Origin: Octopus vulgaris
Lineage: Eukaryota
Direction of reading: 5' to 3'
DNA length: 64,000 nucleotides
NCBI GenBank assembly: GCA_951406725.2
Contig: OX597833.1
Span: forward strand, 20,274,001 to 20,338,000
Shown in pieces: positions 1-10,429 of the stretch; positions within the stretch are counted from its first letter, which is position 1; each line of letters opens with the position of its first letter. Made by a program: the position numbers and the translations under genes. The notes below the pieces were generated by a model, which saw only the letters and a list, made by a program, of their open reading frames with translations, was not told where the DNA came from and did no database searches.

Positions 1-1021
1 AGCAAGGGAGCCACCGCCATGTTGATCTTTTTGCACCCAACCTCGAGCAACTCTTTCTCTTTCGCCAGGAGGATTTCGACTTCCTCCTCCGTCCAGCAAC
101 CTCACGATGCCCGGCCCGTAGCCCGTGCGAGTTGAGCGCGCTCTTCCTTCTTGCGCGCTATTTCTTCTCTGTGAAGTTCAATCCTGCACCTGTTGGCATG
201 CACAGGATGCCGGTGCCTAAGATGCTGCGACAGTCCCGAAGGTGTTTGGAAGGACCGGCTACACCAGTCGCACTTGTGAGGCAGTTGCAGAGAGTCCAGT
301 GCCATTGGAACAGCGTTCCCCCTGCACTTCGCTACGTGACACCTAACTGAGTGGAGGTGGCCGCTTTCATGGCCGCAGCGACTACATCTGTAAACAGGCT
401 TACGGTTATGCCTGTTAAGCACATGAAGCCCCCATTCAATGGGGCTAGAGAAGTGACGAGGGCAAAGCGGGCACACTACGGAGATCAATGCACATGGAAT
501 CCCCAAGGCGAATGCCTCAGCCGACGGTTGGCAGGCCAGGTCACCATCAATAGCCTCCCCCGCGGGCGATCCGTCCTTGGAGATGCGAGGGGGAACGGAT
601 AGGGGAAGGCTGGTGAGAGCGTCATGGTCCGCCGCGAGTTGCTCGCCATGGAGAACCAACGTGTGGAGCGCGCATTCGAGGAAAAAGCGGCTTGGTTTAT
701 CCCTAAAAACGGTAAGTGACCAGATGCCACTTTCGGCTGACAAAGTCAGGGGGTCTACTTGATCACATCAAGGAGGGCGAGACCTCGCACCCGCCTTGGG
801 GGGAAGTAGCACTTCGCCACGGCATGGGCGAATCCCACGTCGCAGCTGACCCTGAGGCCCTTCCCGGGACCTCGAGGCCATCAGTTTAGCGGCGCCTGGC
901 TGCCGTATGAGAATATCGTTTGGTTCTAACATCATGGGTTTTCGGCAGTTTTCTCCATGAGTCCGAACCGATATTCCAGACAGACACTAGTACACCCCAA
1001 CCCCCAACGCACGCAGGGGCC
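1..1021 (-). mobile_element. 5' portion of an R2-like (RLE-class) non-LTR retrotransposon, continuing off the left edge; inactivated by an in-frame stop
   Basis: ORF 102..743(-) has three zinc fingers: CPLC..HVLNRH (CCHH), CSRC..HVAKC (CCHC) and CDWC..HLRHRH (CCHH). After TGA at 102-104 the same frame continues GCWTEEEVEILLAKEKELLEVGCKKINMAVAPL, a Myb-like start. Three ZF + Myb is the N-terminal layout of R2 clade-A proteins. The block is GC-rich and sharply distinct from the AT-rich host. RT and RLE domains lie outside the window. Confidence 0.8.
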
Positions 1022-1084
1022 GCCCCACCTTTGGAATTTTTCACTGCCCTCAGAGGGCAATGCCACCCACTTTGGGAATCACTG
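1022..1084 (-). mobile_element. Terminal fragment of a hAT-type MITE abutting the R2-like 5' end
   Basis: Minus strand reads cagtgattcccaaagtgggtggcattgccc..., the same terminus as the MITEs at 20833-21112 and 39988-40254. Confidence 0.7.
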
Positions 1085-1199
1085 GTTTAAAGAATGCATT
1101 TACACTTCTAACAAGAGCCCCAAAAACACTTCTTAATTGTTGGAGCAAAATAGTTGAGGATCTGAAGTGTCCTCTGATTGGCAACCAAGGAACAGGAAC

Positions 1200-1230
<31 letters not shown>

Positions 1231-1270
1231 AGTAAATGGTGGGGTTGTGTTAACCACACGTGGAGAAATG

Positions 1271-1722
1271 ATAGGAGAGGAAAAAATAAGGCAGAATGCT
1301 AAATTGAAAGTAAATTTTAATAAAAATGAGTGTATGAAAAATTAAAAAAGAAAAAAGAAATCTAACTGGCTTTCATTGCAAGGCAAATTTTCAAGATTTG
1401 GAAGGGGAAAAAAAAAATTTACAATGTTCTTTTCAAATAAATAACAATACATATAAACAAAAATTAATAAATACGTATACCAATACATTGTAGTGTCTTT
1501 TTGTTTATATGTATTATTATTTTTTTGAAAAAACATTGTAAATATCTTTTTTCCCCTTCCTCAATTTAAAAAAAATTTTTCCCCTTCCAAATCTTGAAAA
1601 TTTGCCTTGAAATGAAAGCCGGTTAGATTTCTTTTTTCTTTTTTAATTTTTCATACACCCATTTTTATTAAAATTTACTTTCAATTTAGCATTCTGCCTT
1701 ATTATTATTTTTTCCTCTCCTA
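1271..1722. repeat. Long imperfect inverted repeat (~450-bp hairpin) flanked by (TA)n
   Basis: ataggagagg..aaggcagaatgctaaattgaaagtaaatttt.. (from 1271) is reverse-complemented at about 1575-1722. Inner arms (about 1420-1463 vs 1498-1543) also pair, leaving a loop of about 35 nt. Confidence 0.9.
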
Positions 1723-1736
1723 TATAAATATATGAG

Positions 1737-1770
<34 letters not shown>

Positions 1771-1992
1771 CAAGTCTACTTTGAATGTATTTCACATAAA
1801 AAAAGCATAGATACATTAACATGGTGTAGAAAGTTTCTTAACCATTTGTTATTAAGAAAGCATGGCAGTATGATATGAAACGTTTTTCTTTTGATCCGAG
1901 TAGATAACAAGAACAAAACAGAGAGAGAGAGATACAGGGACATAGCAGAAAATAAAATCCTGAGGCATTGGTTTCCAATAGGTTGCCAATTA

Positions 1993-3065
1993 TCACATGA
2001 CAGCATCTGTGTCTTTAAGCAGACTTTCGGTACCAAACTCTGCCAAGGTAGCAGAATGGGTGAACGTTTGTTGAGCATCTGTTGGCAGAGTTGCAGCTTG
2101 TATGGCAGGAGTGTCGGCCACTGCAGGCAATGCCACAGTTACTGGCTGTGCTTCAATAATGGTGATGGGTTGCAATGCCGATGTGTTAGCCGGCATCACA
2201 GAAGCTGCGGATGGGTACGCCGGGATGAGTTGGGCATGGATGGTAGTGCCATGCGAGTCTGTAGATTCTGTGAAGTGCACAACGTAATGGTCAATCACTG
2301 CATCTGTAGCTTTGGCCGACAGCTCGTTACCATTTACATTGACATTTATGTTACCTGAACTGTCTATGGAGGTAGCAGTTGGAATGAGCTGCTGGAGAGA
2401 GGTGTCAGAAGATGGCTGGTGAACAGTAGCTGCCTGAGCTAAGACTTGAGCCCCAGAAAGAGCAGTGGCCGTAACGGTTGTAGGATTAGTCTGTATGTCC
2501 AGTGCACCGGTCTTGTCAGAAATCCCATTCATGGCAGATGACGTGTCTAATACAATGGGTTCTGAATTCGGCAGTGTGTTGTTGTTGTTGTTGTTGCTGT
2601 TATTGTTGTTGGTAGTGTGATTGAATGCAACCTGCTGTACTATGCTGTTTTCAGTAGGCCGAGTGGTCACCCCTGATGTTGCGTTGCTTCGAGGACGTCC
2701 ACGTCTCTTCGGAGCCACTCCTTTCCCACTGTTTTCCTTGTTCAATGACTCAGAGGTCACAGTGATCATGCGTTTGCGAGGTCGACCCAGTTTCCGTCGG
2801 TTACGTGGCCGGAATATTTGTGGATCTGCTCCCAACTTCACCGGATGGCATTTGTGGTCGTGGAAAAGTTTGGGCCTGAAAAACCCACGACCACATTTCT
2901 GGCACTGGAATCTGTAATCTGCTTTGTGTCCCCTTTCGTGTTCCACCAAGTGAGGACGACGACTGAACCCTTTGCCACATTCCTTACATTTAAATGGTTT
3001 CACTCCACTATGAGTAATGATGTGGGCTTTCAGCTTATCTGGTCTGTTAAACTCTTTTGTACAAC
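1993..3065 (-). CDS. ZNF341: ZNF341-like, exon 13 (terminal): last C2H2/C2HC fingers, basic GRPR motifs, low-complexity tail
   Basis: Acceptor ttgcag|GT at 3065, phase 1. Encodes GCTKEFNRPDKLKAHIITHSGVKPFKCKECGKGFSRRPHLVEHERGH.., which matches the ZNF341 C-terminal fingers. Stop TGA ends at 1993. Confidence 0.93.
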
Positions 3066-3147
3066 CTGCAAAAGAAAATATATTGATGTGAGACATATAT
3101 TGAAGTCAATGATCAAATTTATATTGAAATGACAGATCAAATACAGG

Positions 3148-3345
3148 CTGAAGGGAGTGATCAAATATTGACTGAAGGGAGTGATCAAATATTGATTGAA
3201 GGGAGTGATCAAATATTGACTGAAGGGAGTGATCAAATATTGACTGAAGGGAGTGATCAAATATTGACTGAAGGGAGTGATCAAATATTGACTGAAGGGA
3301 GTGATCAAATATTGACTGAAGAGAGTGATCAAATATTGATTGAAG
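3148..3345. repeat. 24-bp minisatellite (ctgaagggagtgatcaaatattga) x ~8, in intron 12
   Basis: Directly visible tandem array; it accounts for the ORFs with SQYLITPF, ILTEGSDQ and SIFDHSLQ repeats. Confidence 0.95.
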
Positions 3346-3546
3346 GAGCTTTGACAGAAAAAAAAAATAAAGACAAAAACAAAACAAATGACTTAATGTT
3401 TAACCAAGTTAAACAAACAATCAATTAGTTAGTTGGATATTTAACCAATTGACTAATGATAAAGAAGTGGAATTGGATCAGTGTGTGTGTTAATAATATT
3501 GGTATAATGACTCTCCTTGACGCAACAAAATGAAAAATCTTCTCAC

Positions 3547-3747
3547 CTGTGAAGCTTTTGAATGGGCATTTATGTTTCTTGACCGATTCATGAATAAGCA
3601 TGTGTCTTTTCAGTTTGTCCTTCCTGTTAAAGGCTGCTGCACAAGACTCGCATTGGAATGGCTTCTCCCCACTGTGAATGAGGGCATGCATCTTCAGATA
3701 ATGTTCTGTCTTGAATCTTTTCTGACAAATGTTACAGGGAAACTGAC
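3547..3747 (-). CDS. ZNF341: ZNF341-like exon 12
   Basis: ttcag|GT..ACAG|gtgaga, 201 nt, phase 1-1. Encodes [67 protein letters not shown]. Confidence 0.95.
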
Positions 3748-4750
3748 CTGAAAAGATTTGTAAGAAAAGGGGTTTCAACAATAACAGAAATAAATAGATA
3801 TCTTTTATTCTTTTACTTTTTTCAGTTATTAGAATGTTGCCATGTTGAGACACTACTTTGAAGGGTTTTAGTCAAGCAAATTGACACCAGGACTTATTTG
3901 GTCATGTACTACAGATGGATCAGGAGATATGTGTGAAGAAGTGCCACTCCCAAACAGCTGAAGGAATCTGGGGAAGAGGTAGATCCAGGAAGACATGGGA
4001 TGAGTGGTCAAGCATGACCTTTGAACGTTGGGCCTCACAGAGGCAATGATGAAAGACTGAAACCTCTGGAGATATACTGTGACTGCGAAAACCCAACAAA
4101 TAAAGTGAGTTCATGGCTTGCAGGATGGCCTGCTATGCTTACCTTGGATCATAGGGCAACCTGCAGTGCTTCAGGAGACCTATTGAGTCAGGTACATCAA
4201 CATCAAAATAAAAATCAATGGAAATTAAAGATGTGATACCTGTGCTGGTGGCACATAAAAAACACCATCCGAACGTGGCTGATGCCAGCGCTGCCTTGAC
4301 TGGCATCCGTGCTGGTGGCACATAAAAAGCACCAACCGATCATGGCCGTTGCCAGCCTCCTCTGGCCCGTGCCGGTGGCACGTAAAAAGCACCCACTACA
4401 CTCACGGAGTGGTTGGCGTTAGGAAGGGCATCCAGCTGTAGAAACACTGCCAGATCAGACTGGAGCCTGGTGCAGCCTCCTGGCTTCCCAGACCCCAGTC
4501 AAACCGTCCAACCCATGCCAGCATGGAAAGCAGATGTTACACAATGATGATGATGATGATACTTATTCTATCAGTCTCTTTTGCTTAACTGCTAAGCTAT
4601 GTGGACATAAACACATCGACACCAGTTGTCAAGCAGTAGTAGGAGGGAGGACAAACACAAAGATATACACACACACTCCATATATATGTGTGTGTGTGTA
4701 TTCAAAATTCAAATAAGTTATTATTAACTTTAAAAAAATCTAAATATATA

Positions 4751-5160
4751 GGTGCAGGAGTGGCTGTGTGGTAAGTAGCTTGCTTACCAACCACATGGTT
4801 CTGGGTTCAGTCCCACTGCATGGTACCTTGGGCAAGTGTCTTCTACTATAACCTCGGGCCGACCAAAGCTTCATGAGTGGATTTGGTAGACGGAAACTGA
4901 AAGAAGCCTGTTGTATATATGTATATATATATATATATGTGTATGTGTGTGTATATGTTTGTGTGTCTGTGTTTGTCCCCCCAACATTGCTTGACAACCA
5001 ATGCTGGTGTGTTTATTTCCCCGTAACTTAGCGGTTCGGCAAAAGTGAGCGATAGAATAAGTACTAGGCTTACAAAGAATAAGTCCTGAGGTCGATTTGC
5101 TCGACTAAAGGCAGTGCTCCAGAATGGCCACAGTCAAATGACTGAAACAAGTAAAAGAAT
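4751..5160 (+). mobile_element. tRNA-derived SINE, family A (ggcgcaggagtggctgtgtggtaag.. head, internal TA/TG microsatellite)
   Basis: Has A/B-box-like head tggctgtgtggt / ggttcagtcc. Similar copies at about 15146-15560(+), 16280-16690(-), 22850-23200(-), 24506-24912(+), 42915-43330(+), 46185-46670(-), 47910-48362(-) and 48590-48975(-). Confidence 0.85.
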
Positions 5161-5449
5161 ATTGGCTTATTTGTCATTATTTAAACTCAGGTCAGCTCTA
5201 ATCAACCAGATCTATGATCAAAAGCATTCCAGGCATGACCATCCCATCTTGTACATTTGTTTTTTCTCAATACAGTGAATCCAGGACCACATTATCTAAT
5301 GTGTCCTTGGAAGATGGCAGAGTGTGATTTGAAGGAGGCTTAGCTGCTACTTCTAGCTGTTTCTCTTTGCTGATTCTGTTCGTCATTGTTATTGTCAGTG
5401 TAAACAGTGCAGAAAAGAAAAAATTGTAATTCATAAACACAAATTTTAC

Positions 5450-5610
5450 CTATACTTCCATGTGTTGGCAGGTGACGGCGAAGGTATCGTTCACAGGGGA
5501 ATATTTTTTTACAATGTGGACAGGGAAATTCATGAGATGATGTGGTTAAATGGTGTTCCAGAGCTTCTGGTGTGGAATACTTGTTTAGACATTTGGTACA
5601 CTGGAAATGC
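5450..5610 (-). CDS. ZNF341: ZNF341-like exon 11
   Basis: ctgcag|G..ATAG|gtaaaa, 161 nt, phase 2-1. Encodes [52 protein letters not shown]. Confidence 0.95.
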
Positions 5611-5649
5611 CTGCAGAAAGAAAAAAAGAAATGTTTATGTACATTAATA

Positions 5650-5935
5650 TACAGTTCTATATTTAAGAGATGAGGAATTATGCACATTGTTTACAATTGA
5701 CGGATATTTGTCCTCATCTTGTTTGTTGTTAACATAACATCTCAGCTGATATACCCTCCAGCCTTCATCAGGAGTCTTGGGGAAATTTCAAACCTGGGTT
5801 CTCATTCCTAAGGTATTTTTCAATGTTGTTGCTATTACTATTATTATTATTATTCAAGTCACTGCCTGGAATTGAACTCGGAATCTTGGGGTTAGTAGCC
5901 CGCGCTCTTAACCACTACGCCAGATGCCCGTGGGC
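5650..5935 (-). mobile_element. tRNA-headed short element with a degenerate hammerhead ribozyme core
   Basis: Minus strand has A box TGGCGTAGTGG (5922-5912) and B box GAGTTCAATTCC (5879-5868), then (AAT)n, then gactc-CTGATGA-aggctg..cagct-GAGA-tg-TT-atgtt (5776-5730). A partial related copy lies at about 61351-61430. Confidence 0.6.
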
Positions 5936-6211
5936 TTGGTAATTATTCACTCATTAATACATTATATTTTATAATAGTTTGATTCTAGTTCCAGGCAATG
6001 ACCTTAACAACAACGACGATGACACCACCACCACCACCTGGACTAGTTCTGTAGCGTGCCTTCAGATGGCAGCATACAGTTACATGTTCAGTGAGAGCCA
6101 GCAGTGATCTTCATGAGGCGGTGTGCTGAATGACATTGCTGTGTTTACTTTGCAAGTTGTAAAATTTCTGTTTTTGCGATCACTTGTATGCTGTAGTCTG
6201 CAATTTTTGTC

Positions 6212-6325
6212 ATGGACAGGAAGTTGGAACAAAGAGCCAATGTGAAATTTTGTGTTAAACTTGGGAAGTCTGCTACAGAAACACTGAACATGCTTCGGCA
6301 AGCTTACAGTGACAAAGCAATGGGC
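6212..6325 (+). mobile_element. Mariner transposase N-terminal fragment
   Basis: Reads MDRKLEQRANVKFCVKLGKSATETLNMLRQAYSDKAMG, a typical mariner N-terminal HTH; truncated. Confidence 0.8.
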
Positions 6326-7092
6326 AGCCTTCATCTTTTTTTTATCATATGGGCTTTTTAAAACCTAATATTTACATGCTCTCATTTATAGCTTTAACTA
6401 CTTTGAGTTCCACCACTAAAAAGAAAATATTTCACATTCTTCAAAGTTTCTAAATTCTAAATGAATTAAATATCACCTGAGAGGTGAGATATGTTTCTTT
6501 TATTTTCTTATAATTTTCCTAGATTTTTTAAGGTAGTAAGCCTTAAGAAATTGACTATCCCCTTTCCCCAAAATTTCAGGCCTTGTGTCTATAGTAAAAA
6601 GAATTATTATTCTAAATTTCTTTAAGGCGGTGAGCTGGCAGAATCATTAGCATGCCAGACAAAATGCTTTGCAGCATTTCTTCCAGTTTAATGTTTTGAG
6701 TTCAAACTCCACCAAGGTCACCTTCGCCATTCATCTTTTGGAGTCAATAAGATAAGTATCAGTTGGGTACTGGGGGTTAATGTAATCAACTAGCATCCTC
6801 CTTCAAAATTTCAGGCCTTGTGCCTATAGTAGAAAAGTTCATTATTTTAAGTTTTTCTCTGATACATACACATTTTTTCAGATCTTTACCTTTTGACCAG
6901 CAGATTTAGAAACTAATTTTTGTAACTAAACACTTTCAAACTTCATATAGTGGTAGAATGTGTCATATAAAACATCTTTTACTCTTAGCATAACTAACTA
7001 TCGGTAGTGTATTTTTTGTTTCTCAATCAGCCATTCAAAGGGAAAAGATCCATTTTTTCTGTTATTTCAAAGTCAAATTGCAAGGGACCTAC

Positions 7093-7292
7093 CTCGGACC
7101 ATTTCGATTAATAGTATCCTCACAAACACTGTGGGAGAATTGATGCACTCCAAGATCATAAAGAGTAGCAAAATGCTTTGAACAGATATGACACCGGTAA
7201 CTCATGTCTTCCTCGTGACTTTTCGTGTGAGTAAGGAAGAGTTCGAGTTCTTTAAATGTTAGTCCACACGTCTTCACAACACACTTGTAGAC
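7093..7292 (-). CDS. ZNF341: ZNF341-like exon 10
   Basis: tttag|GTC..CCGAG|gtagg, 200 nt, phase 0-2. Encodes [54 protein letters not shown]... Confidence 0.95.
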
Positions 7293-8940
7293 CTAAAAAC
7301 AAAGAGTAGAAAACAAGATTACAAGACAAGCTTATTAGTAAGAAACACAACTTCATAAGACATTTCTCTAGTAAATGGCATAAACTATTGGTTTGAAATC
7401 TAACTTCACAACAAACATTAAATACCAGAGATAGTGGTAGAAAGCAGGGAAAGATAATTTCATTTTCTCATTTTGTTTCATCTTCACAAAATGTTTTTTA
7501 AATGCAAATGAATATCATAAATATATTAAACGAGCAAAACGCCCCCCCTCCCGTCCAATGGACAGTGTTGAGTTGTCAAACATTTAAACCAAATTTTCTC
7601 AAAACAACTTGTCTGACCGTCCCATAGGCCTCTCCTTTGAGAAACACTGATTTAACCTAAATTTGAGACGCCAGCAAAAGAAGAAATAAAGATAGACTAT
7701 TATTCTATTCCAAAGAAAAATGATTTTATTCACACAAATATGCTTTATCGATCGCATTCTCACCTGGAATCGATTTTTGTAATTTTTTCAAGACTTATAC
7801 ATGCCCTGATATTGTCGGTATCTACATATCAAATTTGAGCGAAATCAGATGGAGGATTCCTGAGATCATAGAAGACACACACACACAGACAGAACGGATT
7901 TTATATAATAGATAAGTTGGTGCAAGTGTGTGCTTTCCAACCACATGATTTCAGGTTCAGTTCCATTGTATAGCACTTTGGACAAGTGTCTTCTAGTACA
8001 GCCCTGTACCAATTAAAGCTTTGGGAGTGGATTTGATAGCCGGAAACTGAAAGAAGTCCATCTTATTCTTATACACACACACATGTGAATGTGTGTGGAT
8101 GATGTATGTTTGTGTTGATATTTTTCATTCGTTTTCTTCCTTATTTTTACAAAGACGGAAAGGCTTTTGCTAAATTTAGACATTAGTTAAAATTTCAATG
8201 ATGCCGGTACCCTCTTTAGTGATAAGTTTTCATGCAGAGGATGCTCCAAAGTAATTTTCCCCCAGTCATTCTTTTAAGTTATCCAACCTCTCAGTATTCA
8301 CCCTCATCTTTATTTAGTTAACTGTCAAACTCATGCTGGCATGAGTTAGACAGTTTGATTGAAATTAGTAAACTATAAGGCTACACCTGGGTCCAATCTG
8401 ATTTGGTATGGTCTCTCACACCTACCCTACAATGTCATTTTAATGATAAACAACTACATCATTGAAATCTCAATCACAAAATAATGCAGGATTAACTCAA
8501 AACAATATGCAATCTGAATGCTAAAGATTCAATAAAATAGTAATATGTTCTGAGTTGTCGTTCATCGTACAGATAAAAAAGTGAGAACACTCCCTGACTG
8601 AATTCCATATCTAATTAATTTTAATTAATTAAAATTTCAGAGTTGTTTCCCTTGCATTTAATGATTAGCATTAGTCATTTGCATATACTTATTGTCCTCA
8701 TAACTAAGGGCGAAATTTTAATTATCTTTTTTTTTTTATCTTCATCTTTTATTTGTTTCAGTCATTGGACTTTGGCCATGCTGGAGCACTGCCTTCAAAG
8801 ATTTTAGCCAAACAAATCAACCCAGTACTTATTCTATCAGTCTCTTTTGCCAAACCCATAGGACATAAACAAACCAACACTGGTTGTCATGTGGTAGTGG
8901 TGGCATAATAAACATAGGCACAAAGACACACACACACATA

Positions 8941-8975
<35 letters not shown>

Positions 8976-9297
8976 GTACACATGTATATATGACAAGTAA
9001 CCGAGACTGTTGGCAATATACTGTGCTTGACAAGATTTGCCTAGTGGTTTGGCAAAAGAGACCAACAGAATAATAAATACCAGGATAATAAATAAAAAAA
9101 AAATTTTAAATACTAGAATCAATTTGTTCCATTAAAACCCTGCAAGGCTATGCTCCAGCATGGCCACAGTTCAATGGCAGAAGGGTAACAAATGCTAGTA
9201 TCCACTTTACTTTTGAGCTGTCGACAGAAGCAAACTCCTGCTCATTCCTCCCCCACCCCCATAACCCCTTAATTTTCAGTCATTTTTTGTATTTTAC

Positions 9298-9423
9298 CTG
9301 CTGACTCTTGTGTTGGACCATATGAGATTTCAGTTGGAAGTAAGACTTGAACTTCTCAGGGCAATACTGGCACAGGTAGGAGTTGTCGACAACGACATTT
9401 AGTTTTTGTTCTTCCTCTGTCAG
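9298..9423 (-). CDS. ZNF341: ZNF341-like exon 9
   Basis: cttcag|CTG..CAG|gtaaaa, 126 nt, phase 0-0. Encodes [42 protein letters not shown]. Confidence 0.95.
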
Positions 9424-9612
9424 CTGAAGGAAAAAGAGCAGTTGAAAGGTGAAAAGAGAGAGAGAGTGATTGGAAAAGACAGACAGACACACAGACAGAA
9501 AATAAACACAGCACTTGGTTATGATGATTGGTTTTCCAGTTGATCTGATCAACAGAACAGCCTGTTCATGAAATTAATATGTTGAGCATTCCACAGATAC
9601 GCATAACCTTAA

Positions 9613-9833
9613 CCTTTCCGTTACCAACCCGGCTGAAACCGGCTCTGGTTCTGTAGTACAAATGTCCTGTTTTCATAAGTTTTCAATTAAAATCTTCCAC
9701 CAAACCTTAGTCACAATTTATGTTCCTAACACTAGATTAATTATAACTAAGTTATTTTACTAAATTCTTTGTTATATTTAAAGTAATTGAAAGAAACACA
9801 GAGCATCTCAAAATAAATACAGTAACGAAAGGG
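9613..9833. mobile_element. piggyBac-like MITE (TTAA target duplication, cc(c)ttt..aaaggg TIRs)
   Basis: ttaa|cctttccgttac...gtaacgaaaggg|ttaa. Related copies at 31061-31273 and 37562-37781, each flanked by TTAA. Confidence 0.75.
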
Positions 9834-10280
9834 TTAATATACTTCTCAGGGAGATTCAGTGTGATTCAGAATGTGACATGGCTGGCCCTTTGAAATACAG
9901 GTACTACTCATCATTGCCAGCTGAGTGGACTGGAGTAATGTGAAATAAGGTGCCTTGCTCAGGGACACAGTGCACCGGCGAGAATTGAACTCACGACCTT
10001 ACAACTGTGAGCCGACTACCCTATCCACTAAGCCATGTGCCTTCAAAAAAGAAAAAGAAAGTTGTTTATAACATTTTGTTTCTGTTCTTCCTCTATAATC
10101 TGAAAGATGGACAAAAGCAAGAGAAAGAGAGAAGGTAGTGAAAGAAAGAAAGAAAGGAAAAGAGAAAGAAAGTTGTTGATATTAAGCTTTGGTTTTTTTT
10201 TCCTCTTGTCTGAAGGACAACAGGAAGACGAACGAAATGCCACTAAGCATTTTGCCTGTGTTAACAACTCTACTAGCTTA

Positions 10281-10336
<56 letters not shown>

Positions 10337-10429
10337 TGATTTCTTTTATTTGCCACAAGGGCAAAGGATGAGGGGGACAATACAAAGACAGACATAAGGT
10401 GACAGGGTTTACATATAATGAAATGATAT

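Noticed and set aside
3030-3428. Repeat-protein-like ORFs and a CRISPR-like appearance of the 24-bp array
   Set aside because: The units are contiguous with no unique spacers; this is an intronic minisatellite in a eukaryotic gene.
4740-4997. Recurring ORFs '[22 protein letters not shown]..'
   Set aside because: They are antisense translations of SINE family A, found at many SINE copies.
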